Notes under the pieces: model-generated
The model's database searches: none
Told to the model about the DNA's origin: nothing
What the model saw: the letters and a program-made list of their open reading frames with translations, nothing else
IMG/VR virus record: IMGVR_UViG_3300020045_003120
Span: 1-24,064 of that record
DNA from: a virus
Taxonomy: Duplodnaviria > Caudoviricetes
DNA length: 24,064 nucleotides
Strand: one strand, 5' to 3'
Shown here: one piece after another, positions 15,189-24,064 of the stretch
Position numbering within the stretch: position 1 is the stretch's first letter
Layout: every line of letters starts with the position of its first letter
Translations under genes and position numbers: made by a program

Positions 15189-15340
15189 ACATTCCTATAT
15201 TCCTTCTGTCTCTGTTGTTTTGGTATTCAGAGACCAAATACTTTGGATGGAATGCTCTTCCACAGTCGCCTGAAGAGGTTATTTGCGATGGCATTGCAAT
15301 ATTGATCGGCGCGTTGTCTTTGGTAAAGGTGTGCAAATGA
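15185..15340 (+). CDS. Small membrane protein (51 aa, ...ETKYFGWNALPQSPEEVICDGI...)
   Basis: Read manually. Two hydrophobic segments, ATGA overlaps at both ends. Confidence 0.65.
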   Translation: MNIPIFLLSLLFWYSETKYFGWNALPQSPEEVICDGIAILIGALSLVKVCK

Positions 15341-15573
15341 CCTGCCCAGCCTGCGAACTAGCAAAGACGCAATACACCGGCAGATACAGCGCTGATTGCG
15401 ATTCCTGCAAGGTCAGAGCGATTGCAAACGGACAAGAGCTATTCGACGCATTGCAGGCGCAGAAGATCACACCAGCTTACAAGGCTGTGCTGAAGAAAGC
15501 ATTTGGCGACGGCTGGGAAGCTGGACACGAACGGGTTAAACAGTGGCGCATGAGCCGGAAGGAAACGAAATGA
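15337..15573 (+). CDS. Zinc-finger hypothetical protein
   Basis: MTCPAC...CDSC. Confidence 0.7.
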   Translation: MTCPACELAKTQYTGRYSADCDSCKVRAIANGQELFDALQAQKITPAYKAVLKKAFGDGWEAGHERVKQWRMSRKETK

Positions 15574-15875
15574 CAGATCGTGAATTGCTGGAGCTGGCGG
15601 CTAAGGCGGCTGGGATTCGATTGTTTTGGAATGGCGGAAATTCATTCTTCCGAGCTGAAATGGAATACCCGCACGATAACTGGAACCCACTCAAAAACGA
15701 TGGCGACGCGCTGCGGCTGGCTGTGAAGTTGGATTTGTTGTCTGGCGCTGAGTTTTGGCGCGAAAGAAGCGTTCAGTTGGCAATAGATGCGTTTTCTGGT
15801 GATCGGCAGGACCCATACGCAGCAACCCGCCGTGCAATAACAAAAGCAGCAGCAGAACTAGGAAATAATCTATGA
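15570..15875 (+). CDS. Conserved phage hypothetical protein (MTDRELLELAAKAAG family)
   Basis: WNPLKNDGDALRLAVKL...YAATRRAI; AAGGA RBS, ATGA overlap. Confidence 0.75.
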   Translation: MTDRELLELAAKAAGIRLFWNGGNSFFRAEMEYPHDNWNPLKNDGDALRLAVKLDLLSGAEFWRERSVQLAIDAFSGDRQDPYAATRRAITKAAAELGNNL

Positions 15876-16537
15876 GCTGGCCTAAAGGAAAGCCAAGAGG
15901 CAAGCGTGCCGTGATTCCATCCGGAGAGGTTTTTAACCGACTGACTGTGATTGATCGCGACGAATCAAAAACACAGCGAGCTTACTGGCGGTGTAAGTGC
16001 GAATGTGGGGCCATAGTTTCAATTTCTGCCTGTGATGTGAAGTCTGGTCACAGCAAAAGTTGCGGGTGCCTAAATCAAGAGGCCAGGATAAAGAACAACA
16101 CAACCCATGGGATGAGTGGTACGCCAACCTACATCTCTTGGACGAACATGGTTGATCGCTGCTGCGATACAACAAACAAGCGATTTGCTCACTATGGCGG
16201 TCGTGGCATCCGTGTTTGTGATGAATGGATGAAGTTCGATGGATTCTTGAAAGATATGGGCGCTCGTCCTGACAAGCTAACTTTGGAGCGAGTGGACGTT
16301 GATGGGAATTACGAGCCATCAAACTGCAAATGGGCTACCAAGAAAGAACAGGCCAATAACTTGCGAAAGTCGATTCGAGCAATCTACCAAGGACAATCCT
16401 ACACAGCGTCACAGCTAGCAGATTTGCTCGATGTTCCTTACGAGCGTGTCTATTGGGCCATCAAGAGGTATGGCGAAGATTGGCACGGCCACATAACCCG
16501 CGCTGCTGCTGAGATTGGAAAGGCCATGGAATGCTGA
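15872..16537 (+). CDS. HNH-type homing endonuclease
   Basis: WRCKCECG, KSCGC, THG, YGGRGIRVC, TLERVDVDGNYEPSNCKWAT...QANN. Confidence 0.85.
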   Translation: MSWPKGKPRGKRAVIPSGEVFNRLTVIDRDESKTQRAYWRCKCECGAIVSISACDVKSGHSKSCGCLNQEARIKNNTTHGMSGTPTYISWTNMVDRCCDTTNKRFAHYGGRGIRVCDEWMKFDGFLKDMGARPDKLTLERVDVDGNYEPSNCKWATKKEQANNLRKSIRAIYQGQSYTASQLADLLDVPYERVYWAIKRYGEDWHGHITRAAAEIGKAMEC

Positions 16538-16917
16538 TGAAAACACGCTCAATCGACTATCACGCAGTAGAAGAACACCACATCCCAGTGCATGAGCGGT
16601 TGATAAACTGGGCTATGTGGGCAAAGCCTGGCAAGGGTGTCGCTGTATCAGCTATGTTCAAAGGGTGGAAGTCAAATGCGTGGCAATGGCACCCAGCAGA
16701 ATATCGGCCAACTGTGAACGAGCTAGACGCGCAAGCAGTTGAGAAAGGCATTTGCAAACTTCCAAAAAGGCACATGGAGGCCATAAAATGGGCCTACCTT
16801 GTGAGGTGCAACCCTGGAAAACACACCCGCCACATTGCGGCTAGTGACGCTGGGTTATGCGAAATTTTACGGAATGCGCGACAGATGTTGACAAACATAC
16901 TGCCTGCGGCTATATAA
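16531..16917 (+). CDS. Late antiterminator Q-like protein
   Basis: ERLINWAMW...DAQAVEKGICKLP...AIKWAY; last early gene before the promoter/terminator and terminase. Confidence 0.7.
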   Translation: MLMKTRSIDYHAVEEHHIPVHERLINWAMWAKPGKGVAVSAMFKGWKSNAWQWHPAEYRPTVNELDAQAVEKGICKLPKRHMEAIKWAYLVRCNPGKHTRHIAASDAGLCEILRNARQMLTNILPAAI

Positions 16918-16918
16918 T
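16888..16918 (+). promoter_or_regulatory. Late promoter pR'-like
   Basis: TTGACA at 16888-16893 followed by TATATAAT at 16911-16918 (17 or 19 bp spacer). Confidence 0.7.
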
Positions 16919-17011
16919 TCCGCAGCGACGCAAATATGCAAGGCTCAATCCATGCGGAGGCGCAGTAGCCTTAAAAGATAACCGAGTTATCAAGCATGGA
17001 GGGAGACGCAC

Positions 17012-17046
17012 AAAGCCCCACAGTAAACTGGCGGGGCTTTTTCTTT
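17012..17046 (+). terminator. tR'-like intrinsic terminator
   Basis: AAAGCCCC-ACAGTAAACTGGC-GGGGCTTT-TTCTTT. Confidence 0.75.
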
Positions 17047-17268
17047 GCGCGTTTGCTTAAGTCGGTCGCATCCTTACACCAAAGCAGCTATTTAGCTCAG
17101 GGATGACGACCGACACCCAACAGGCTAGCAGTCAACTCCTATAAGGGCTGCATCAAGCGACACATATCAGCGCATCGGTTCTCCTTTGGCCGTTAAGCGG
17201 GGTGGGCGCTTGTATTTCACATTTCGGGCGAACCTAAACACTCCTGCCGCCGGGGAGTGGCAAACATC

Positions 17269-17730
17269 ATGACCGTAGGACGACCCAGCAAATTTAAACC
17301 TGAGTATGTCGAGCAATCGCGCAAGCTTGCCCAATTGGGAGCGACAGACCGGGAGATTGCTGAGTTCTTTGAAGTGCATGAGGCGACGGTTCACCGTTGG
17401 AAAGCGGAATTTCCTGAGTTTTGCGAGTCCTTAAAAAGTGGCAAGGAACTTGCTGATGACCGGGTTGAGCGTTCTTTGTATCACCGTGCAATCGGATACA
17501 AGCACGACGCTGTGAAGATGTTTCAAGCTGGTGGTGAGATTCTGAAAGAGGAATACACCGAGCATTTCCCGCCTGATACGACTGCTGCGATCTTCTGGTT
17601 GAAGAATCGCCGTCCGGCGCAATGGCGTGACAAGACAGAGCAGACGCTAACCGGTGATTTGACGATTACCGGGCAGACAAAAGAGCAGCGTGATGCCGCA
17701 GTTGCAGCAGCAGCCCGCGCCGACGCCTGA
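17269..17730 (+). CDS. terS: Terminase small subunit
   Basis: GRPSKF...LGATDREIAEFF...PPDTTAAIFWLKNR...WRDK. Confidence 0.9.
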   Translation: MTVGRPSKFKPEYVEQSRKLAQLGATDREIAEFFEVHEATVHRWKAEFPEFCESLKSGKELADDRVERSLYHRAIGYKHDAVKMFQAGGEILKEEYTEHFPPDTTAAIFWLKNRRPAQWRDKTEQTLTGDLTITGQTKEQRDAAVAAAARADA

Positions 17731-19144
17731 GGATTTCGCGTTTTCCCGCCTGATTGCCTATGCGGCCTATCAATGGCCGGGGTACAAAGACGCGGCGCAC
17801 CATCGGGCGATTGCCAGGAAGCTTGAGGCTGTAGAGCGCGGCGACATTACGCGGCTGATGATCTTCATGCCGCCACGGCACGGTAAATCGATGCTGGCGA
17901 GTGAGTTCTTCCCGGCTTGGTACATGGGGCGGAACCCTGACCAGTACGTGATTGCATCGACGTATGCGCAGGATTTAGCTGATGACTTCGGGCGCAAGGT
18001 AAAGGCGCAGATCAGCGACCCGAGCTATCAGGCGATCTTCCCAGGTGTGAAGCTGGCAGAAGACAGCCAGTCTGTGAAGCGTTTTCACATTGAAGGCGGT
18101 GGAACTGAGATAGGAACTGCACAGCGTGGCGCTTATTACGCGGTTGGTGTTGGTGGGCCACTGACAGGCCGCGGCGCTCACTTGCTGCTGATTGACGACC
18201 CAGTGAAGAACCGGGAAGAGGCAGACAGCGAAGTAACCCGCCGACGCATCAAGGATTGGTACACATCGACCGCATACACGCGATTGATGCCGGGTGCGCG
18301 GGTGGTTGTGATTCAAACCCGGTGGCACGAAGACGATCTGAGCGGGTGGCTGTTGGAAGACCACCAGCATGAAGGATGGGATGTTCTAAGCCTTCCTGCG
18401 CTGTCTGATGACGGCGCTTTGTGGCCTGAGCAATACCCAGTTGAAGCACTGAACCGCATCAAGCAGGCTGTTGGCTCTCGTGATTGGTCTGCGCTGTATC
18501 AGCAAAGCCCGGCGCCTGAGTCTGGCGACTACTTCAAGAAGGAGTGGTTCCAGTATTACGACGACTTGCCGAATTTGTTGCAGGTCTACGGCGCATCTGA
18601 CTATGCGATCACGGCCAAGGGTGGCGATTACACGGTCCACGGAGTTTTTGGCGTTGACAGGAACCAAGACGTTTACCTGATTGACTTGTGGCGGCAACAG
18701 ACGACCTCAGACGTTTGGATCGATGCGTTTCTAGACCTCGTCCACAAGCACAAGCCGATCCAGTGGGCCGAAGAGCAAGGCCAGATCATCAAGAGCCTTG
18801 ACCCGTTCATCAACAAACGGAGCCAAGAGCGCGGCATTTATGTGGCGCGTGAGCAGTTCACCAGCCTGACGGACAAAGCCAGCCGAGCGCAGGCGATCCG
18901 AGGGCGCATTGCACAAGGGAAAGTGAAGTTTCCTCGCTATGCGCCATGGCTGGCAGACCTAGAACGAGAAATGCTGACCTTTCCGGTTGGCGTGAATGAC
19001 GACATGGTTGATGTGCTTTCCCTGTTCGGGCGCATGTTGGACCAACTCAGCAGCAAATCAGCACCGAAACCAGCGGCCAAAGTGGACCGTTGGGATCGCG
19101 CTTTCAACTCAGACGACAACGAAGACTCATGGAAAACGACCTGA
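17690..19144 (+). CDS. terL: Terminase large subunit
   Basis: Walker A MPPRHGKS, Walker B LLLIDD, QTRWHEDDL, ALYQQ, nuclease motif DDMVD. Confidence 0.95.
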   Translation: MMPQLQQQPAPTPEDFAFSRLIAYAAYQWPGYKDAAHHRAIARKLEAVERGDITRLMIFMPPRHGKSMLASEFFPAWYMGRNPDQYVIASTYAQDLADDFGRKVKAQISDPSYQAIFPGVKLAEDSQSVKRFHIEGGGTEIGTAQRGAYYAVGVGGPLTGRGAHLLLIDDPVKNREEADSEVTRRRIKDWYTSTAYTRLMPGARVVVIQTRWHEDDLSGWLLEDHQHEGWDVLSLPALSDDGALWPEQYPVEALNRIKQAVGSRDWSALYQQSPAPESGDYFKKEWFQYYDDLPNLLQVYGASDYAITAKGGDYTVHGVFGVDRNQDVYLIDLWRQQTTSDVWIDAFLDLVHKHKPIQWAEEQGQIIKSLDPFINKRSQERGIYVAREQFTSLTDKASRAQAIRGRIAQGKVKFPRYAPWLADLEREMLTFPVGVNDDMVDVLSLFGRMLDQLSSKSAPKPAAKVDRWDRAFNSDDNEDSWKTT

Positions 19145-21213
19145 AGCAACTCACAGCCACGGAGGGCGAACTATCGCGGTTGGTCCAGTGGTTCGAGTCC
19201 GCTGAGGATTCAAGCCGTGAGGCCCGCGAAGTCTCCGAGAAGTGCCGCGATTACTACGATGGTGAGCAGTACACCGCCGAAGAGATTTCGACGCTGAAGA
19301 AGCGCAAGCAGCCGATCATCACTGTCAACCGCATCAAGCCGAAGATCAACACGCTCAAGGGCATGGAGTCCAAGAGCCGGACGAACCCCAAGGCTTTGCC
19401 GCGCAATGTGGGGTTTGATGATGAGGCCGCCGAAGCCTGCCAGGACTCGATTCGGTACGTGCTGGACAGCAATCAGGCGGATAACCTGTTCTCTGAGTGC
19501 TTCGATGATCTGTGCGTCGAAGGCACGGAGGGCGTTGAGGTCAACGTCAAACCTGACCCGAAGAGCGAAGACTTCATCGTTACGCTGCGCCATATCCATT
19601 GGGATCGGCAGTTCACCGATCCGCACAGCCGCGAGCGCTCTTTCAGTGATGAGAAGTACAGCGGCGAGGTGCTTTGGCTGGACTTGGAAGACGCCGAAGC
19701 GATGTACCCCGATGCAGCGGGCGTCATCAGCGCAACGATTGACAAGTTCGGCGGGAAGAACGGCGACACGTACAACGATAAGCCGCAGTACCGCTGGGCA
19801 GATGCGAAGCGCAAGCGCGTTTGTCTGATTTCCATCTGCTACCGCAAGGGCGGCGAATGGATGCATGCCGTTTTCGTGCGTGGTGGCTTCGTTCAAGAGC
19901 CGCAGCCGGTGCCATTCAAGGATGAAGACGGCAACAGCGAATCCATGTACATCTTCCAATCGGTGTACGTGGACCGCGACGGCAACCGATACGGGCCGGT
20001 TAAGGATTGGTTGAGCCAGCAGGACGAAATCAACAAGCGGCGCAGCAAGGCGCTGCACCTCATGAGCGTGCGCCAGTCCAAGGTACGTGCTGGCTCAGTG
20101 GATTCACTTGTCCAACTGCGCGAAGAGTTGGCAAAGCCTGACGGTGTGATTGTTGAGAACATTGAGAACGGCGTGACCATCTTGCCAACTGGCGACATGG
20201 CGCAGGCTCAGTTCCAACTGTTGCAGGAAGCCAAGAGCGAGATTGACGCGGTGGGCGTGAATGCTGCCATGTCAGGCACTGAGACACGCTCCATGTCTGG
20301 CCGTGCGCTGGAGGCTCGCGCAAACGCTGGATCGTCAGAGGTTCAGCCGATCCTTGACGCACACGCGCACTTCAAGAATCGTGTGTATCGCGCCATCTGG
20401 AACCGTATTCGCCAGTACTGGACGGCTGAGAAGTGGGTGCGCGTCACCGACAACGAAAAGAACATCAAGTTTGTTGGCTTGAACCAGCCTGTAACGATGC
20501 TGGACAAGTACACCGAGCAGGCCAAGAAAGCAGGCCAGCCGCTTGACCCGCAGATGTTGGAGCAGTTGAAGCAAGACCCACAAATGATGGTTGTCGTGGG
20601 ACAGAAAAACGTCCCAGCAGACATGGATGTGGACATTATTTTGGACGAAGTGCCCGACTTTGCTGCACTGCAATCCGAGCAGTTCGCACAGTTGGCTGAC
20701 ATGGCGTCCAAAGGCATGGCGATACCGCCCGAGGCCATCATTCAAGCCTCTAGCCTGCGCGACAAAGACAAGATTCTCAAGATGATGCGCGGCGAGACTG
20801 AAGACGGAAATACCAGCCCGCAGCAAGTACAGCAGATGCAAGAGCAGATGCAGCAGCTTGACGGCGCCATTCAGGGCATGAGTCAAGAGATTGAGCAGAA
20901 AGACGCCGAAGCACGCGCCCTGCAATTGAAGCTTGAGCAAGAGCAATCCAAGCGCATCAAGGTTGAGAACAAGCTGAACTCAACTGAAGCCGTCAACGAA
21001 ATCAAGGCCGCGCAGCAAGAGCTATCAACACAGATGCAGGCTCCACCTGAACAAAGCGATGTGCTGGCCGCTTTGCAGGGCATGAGCGCAGGACTGTCTC
21101 AGATGTTGCAAGCCATCCAGGCGAGCGCAGAACAGACGCAACAGGGCATTGCACTCATTGCCCAAGCCATTGCCGAAAGCAACGGCGGTTATATCGAAAC
21201 ACCCGAGGGTTAA
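19129..21213 (+). CDS. Portal protein (P22-like, Gln-rich C-terminal coiled coil)
   Basis: DYYDGEQY...NRIKPKIN...QDEINKRRSK...SGRA; follows terL; likely start MENDLK. Confidence 0.9.
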   Translation: MENDLKQLTATEGELSRLVQWFESAEDSSREAREVSEKCRDYYDGEQYTAEEISTLKKRKQPIITVNRIKPKINTLKGMESKSRTNPKALPRNVGFDDEAAEACQDSIRYVLDSNQADNLFSECFDDLCVEGTEGVEVNVKPDPKSEDFIVTLRHIHWDRQFTDPHSRERSFSDEKYSGEVLWLDLEDAEAMYPDAAGVISATIDKFGGKNGDTYNDKPQYRWADAKRKRVCLISICYRKGGEWMHAVFVRGGFVQEPQPVPFKDEDGNSESMYIFQSVYVDRDGNRYGPVKDWLSQQDEINKRRSKALHLMSVRQSKVRAGSVDSLVQLREELAKPDGVIVENIENGVTILPTGDMAQAQFQLLQEAKSEIDAVGVNAAMSGTETRSMSGRALEARANAGSSEVQPILDAHAHFKNRVYRAIWNRIRQYWTAEKWVRVTDNEKNIKFVGLNQPVTMLDKYTEQAKKAGQPLDPQMLEQLKQDPQMMVVVGQKNVPADMDVDIILDEVPDFAALQSEQFAQLADMASKGMAIPPEAIIQASSLRDKDKILKMMRGETEDGNTSPQQVQQMQEQMQQLDGAIQGMSQEIEQKDAEARALQLKLEQEQSKRIKVENKLNSTEAVNEIKAAQQELSTQMQAPPEQSDVLAALQGMSAGLSQMLQAIQASAEQTQQGIALIAQAIAESNGGYIETPEG

Positions 21214-21216
21214 ATC

Positions 21217-22659
21217 ATGGCGAATATGTTTGGTAGTGGCGCATTCAGCTACAGCGACCAGTCTGCGAACAAGGTGAACTTGTACAAAGACCCTGTGACG
21301 GGGGTTTTGTTTGCTGGTGAGGATCAGAACGACCCTGCTGCTGAGGCGGTTGGTGGAAGGGAGTTCACATCGCCAAACTCTATTGTTTTGTTTGGAGACT
21401 CCATAACCAACAACAACAACGTCAACAACGGTCAGTCTGGGGCGTCCAACGTCACAACCCAATCAAAGACGCAGGACATTGGATGGTTCACATGGGCAAA
21501 TATCATGCTCAATGGAGCCTTCAAGGTGGTGCGAAACAGCGCTGTTGCGGGCGACAAAACCGGCGACATGCTGGCGCGAATGGAGTCTGATGTTTTGGCC
21601 TATGCACCTTCGTGGGTATTGGTTGCAGGCGGCATCAATGACCGCGACCTAGGCGGTGGTGCTGACCGTGGTTTTGACTACACAGTTGGAAATCTCAAGG
21701 CCATCTGCTCTCGATTGAACGCATCCGGCTCCATGGTCCTGTTGGCAACCTTGATCCCAAACAACGCGATCAACACTCTTGGTGCCGGAAATATCAAGGT
21801 TGAGAACCTGATGCGCGTCAATGACTGGATTAGACGCTATGCCGAGGCGACGCCCGGAGTGGTGTGCGTCGATGTGTTTTCCTCAATCTACGATCAAACG
21901 ACAGTGTGCGGCGCAATTTCTGGTTCTTTGGCAGACCAGTCGCACCCAAGCACGAGCGGCGCATGGCGAATTGGCGCTGCCGCTGCCCGTATCTTGACCG
22001 GCATCATCAAACCGAGGCCAGTGGTTTCCTCCCTTGGAAGCGTTGCATCTGCAACCAACCCGCATGGGAACCTGATCAGGTTTTCGACTATGAGCGGCAC
22101 CACGGGCACGCTACCAGTTACCTACGTTACGACCGGCACCGTTCCAGAAGGTTGGTGGCTGCAAGAGTCTGGAGCCACTGCAAACGCTGGGCACACCATC
22201 ACCATGACGCGCCCAGCACGTACCGACTTCCCGGTGCAATCGTGGTGGCAAACAGTCATTGCATGGACTGCTGCGCAAAGCGCGGTTTGTACGTTCACGC
22301 ACCGTCTGCTGACTGGTTCGACCTTGACGATTCCTGCGGGTGTTGTGGCTGGCGATCCGCTTGATTGCTCGATAGAGTTGGAATATTCCGGGGTTACGAA
22401 CGCTGGGCCTCTGACAGTCGAATTCATCGCAAGGCAAGGCACGACCGAACTTGCAATCGCCAACTTCCTTTATGGAGAGACTCTGACTACGCCGACGCCG
22501 GCCTTTGCTGGTGTCGTAACGATCAACAATTTTCCGCTGCCTGCTGGCGCTGACAATATTTTTGTTCGTGTTCAGACGCGCAACCTCGCTGGCACTGCTG
22601 GCGGCTACACACTGCGCATCGGGCGCTTGTTCTGCGGGAAGCAGTTAACGTCTTTTTGA
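21217..22659 (+). CDS. SGNH/GDSL esterase with C-terminal beta-rich domain
   Basis: FGDSIT, AVAG, GGIND and DQSHP: complete S-G-N-H set. Confidence 0.85.
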   Translation: MANMFGSGAFSYSDQSANKVNLYKDPVTGVLFAGEDQNDPAAEAVGGREFTSPNSIVLFGDSITNNNNVNNGQSGASNVTTQSKTQDIGWFTWANIMLNGAFKVVRNSAVAGDKTGDMLARMESDVLAYAPSWVLVAGGINDRDLGGGADRGFDYTVGNLKAICSRLNASGSMVLLATLIPNNAINTLGAGNIKVENLMRVNDWIRRYAEATPGVVCVDVFSSIYDQTTVCGAISGSLADQSHPSTSGAWRIGAAAARILTGIIKPRPVVSSLGSVASATNPHGNLIRFSTMSGTTGTLPVTYVTTGTVPEGWWLQESGATANAGHTITMTRPARTDFPVQSWWQTVIAWTAAQSAVCTFTHRLLTGSTLTIPAGVVAGDPLDCSIELEYSGVTNAGPLTVEFIARQGTTELAIANFLYGETLTTPTPAFAGVVTINNFPLPAGADNIFVRVQTRNLAGTAGGYTLRIGRLFCGKQLTSF

Positions 22660-22730
22660 TATGCCAACATGACCAACCTTTTCGCGTCCTCTACCACCGG
22701 CTAACACAGTCGAATCAGTAACCACAACAC

Positions 22731-22762
22731 AACCCGCCCGGAGCAATCCCGGCGGGTTTTTT
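22731..22762 (+). terminator. Intrinsic terminator after the esterase gene
   Basis: AACCCGCC...GGCGGGTT-TTTT. Confidence 0.8.
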
Positions 22763-22769
22763 GTTGCCC

Positions 22770-22817
22770 TGCCGCCGAGGGAATTCGGGCGAAAGGTGCC
22801 GCCGACCGTTCGGGCGA
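22770..22817 (+). promoter_or_regulatory. Two tandem bulged hairpins before the scaffold RBS
   Basis: TGCCGCCGA-GGGAA-TTCGGGCGA and TGCCGCCGA-CCG-TTCGGGCGA. Confidence 0.6.
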
Positions 22818-22829
22818 TTAGGAAGACCA

Positions 22830-23555
22830 ATGAGTGATTTGGAAGAAGTTTATGCAGCCCGCAGCGTGAACGAGGAAACGCAAGCCGTGCAACACACGCA
22901 CGACGAGCCGGAGTCGATTGAAGCTGTGGACACGGGCGATGAACAGAGCGTGCCGCCGACGCCAGAAGCAGAAGCCAAAGAACCGGAGGTCGATTGGCGT
23001 GCCCGTGCTGAACAAGCGCAGCGGCAAGCTGAGGAAGCAGAGCGCAAAGCAAAAGGACTCGAGCAAGCCATTGCAGCCGCTCGCCAAAAGGTGCGGGAAC
23101 AGCCGCAGCCAAGTTTCAACGAAGACCCTGAAGCATTCGTCCAGCGTGTACGCGCAGAGATGCAAGAGCAGGTGAAGCTGGTCCGAATCGAATCGGCACA
23201 AGCAGCAGCCCGCGCACGTCATCCAGACTACGACGAGAAAGAACAGGTTTTCGCACAACTGGCTGAGACAAATCCCTATCTGGTGGCGCAGTTGCAGCAA
23301 GCCGCAGACCCTGCGGAGTTCGCCTACAAGGCCGCGCAGTTCCATACGGAAATGCAGGCCGCAGGCGGTTCGATTGAGGCCCTGAAAGCCAAGATCGCCG
23401 CCGATTTGCAAGCGGAAAAGCAAGCCAAGTTCCAGGCGCAGGCGCAAAGCCTCCCCAAAACCCTTAGCGGAGCCATCGGCACCGGTCGCAGCAGTGCGCA
23501 GGTGTTCACAGGCCCGACTCCACTTGATGACATCTACGCCAAGAAAGGCAAATAA
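22830..23555 (+). CDS. Capsid scaffolding protein
   Basis: Acidic N-terminus, coiled coil, HPDYDE, DPAEFAY; AGGA RBS; immediately before the capsid gene. Confidence 0.8.
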   Translation: MSDLEEVYAARSVNEETQAVQHTHDEPESIEAVDTGDEQSVPPTPEAEAKEPEVDWRARAEQAQRQAEEAERKAKGLEQAIAAARQKVREQPQPSFNEDPEAFVQRVRAEMQEQVKLVRIESAQAAARARHPDYDEKEQVFAQLAETNPYLVAQLQQAADPAEFAYKAAQFHTEMQAAGGSIEALKAKIAADLQAEKQAKFQAQAQSLPKTLSGAIGTGRSSAQVFTGPTPLDDIYAKKGK

Positions 23556-23557
23556 CC

Positions 23558-24064
23558 ATGGCACTTACCACCGCCGCAACCAACCTGACTCCCAAACAAT
23601 GGGACGATCAGTTCTTCGCCGAATACGTCCGCGAATCCCGCTTTTTCCCCTATGACGGCACTGCGGAAACCTCGGTCATTCACGTTAAAGAAAACCTCGC
23701 CAAGAGCCCTGGTGATACGGTTTACTTCGCCCTTGAAAACCGCCTGCGCGGCGCTGGCGTGACCGGCAACGGTCTGCTTGAAGGCAACGAGGAAAAGCTG
23801 AATACCCGTGAATACGGCCAGACGATCCAGACCTACCGCAACGCCACGGCTGTGACCGGCCACGACGAGCAACTGAGCGCAATCGATCTGCGCAACGCCA
23901 GCAAGTCGGCGCTGAAGCTGTGGGCCATGGAACTGAAGCGCGATCAGATCGTGACCGCTCTCGGCTCCATCGATGGCGTGGCTTTCGGCACCGCCAACGC
24001 AACCCAGCGCAACGCTTGGACCGCTCGCAACAGCGACCGCGTTCTTTTTGCGAAAACCTCCGGG
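23558..24064 (+). CDS. Major capsid protein (N4-gp56/DUF4043-like), partial
   Basis: Manual translation MALTTAATNLTPKQWDDQFFAEYVRESRF...PGDTVYF...GVTGNGLLEGNEEKL; open to the window end. Confidence 0.85.
   Translation, partial: MALTTAATNLTPKQWDDQFFAEYVRESRFFPYDGTAETSVIHVKENLAKSPGDTVYFALENRLRGAGVTGNGLLEGNEEKLNTREYGQTIQTYRNATAVTGHDEQLSAIDLRNASKSALKLWAMELKRDQIVTALGSIDGVAFGTANATQRNAWTARNSDRVLFAKTSG

Noticed and set aside
17061-17220. Possible tRNA in the Q-terS intergenic region
   Set aside because: No T-loop GTTCRA motif or cloverleaf found.
19210-20946. Long antisense ORFs within portal (also within SSB, terL and scaffold)
   Set aside because: Shadow ORFs of GC-rich coding sequence with no motifs or RBS.
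21408-21429. (AAC)n run in the esterase gene
   Set aside because: Short Asn-rich loop after the GDS motif; too short to support a DGR template or a contingency locus, and no reverse transcriptase is present.
24050-24064. Window end GCGAAAACCTCCGGG loosely resembles the junction hairpin at 1505-1520
   Set aside because: Too short and imperfect to call an att site or terminal repeat; may be contig-end noise.

Overview
The window has two unrelated parts. Bases 1 to ~1502 are an AT-rich fragment, probably from a Bacteroidota-type phage, with a glycosyltransferase, a GroES co-chaperonin and a truncated lipoprotein. At ~1503-1537 it joins abruptly to ~22.5 kb of a GC-rich lambdoid/P22-like temperate phage; a betaproteobacterial host is my guess. 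The phage genes run in order: N-truncated tyrosine integrase, xis/AlpA, early-left operon (Sak4-like ATPase, SSB-like), cI/cro switch, replication genes, nin-like region (RusA, NinB, HNHs), Q, TerS, TerL, portal, SGNH esterase, scaffold and a partial major capsid gene. The most notable feature lies between int and xis (2453-3472): an array of three integron-type gene cassettes. Each has a recognisable attC site (R''/L''/L'/R' boxes, extrahelical bases, cassette-specific core-site complementarity). The genes are antisense to their attC, and each attC supplies an RBS, a start codon and the in-frame stop of the upstream gene (ATGA), so the array looks like a shuffleable, translationally coupled extension of the early operon. 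No integron integrase is present in the window. Other points of interest are a CI lacking the autocleavage residues, an HNH insertion that rebuilt its host gene's C-terminus, a catalytically degenerate HNH, a 17-copy GAGACA repeat in the replication initiator, and tandem bulged hairpins before the scaffold gene. All calls are by eye; no searches were run.
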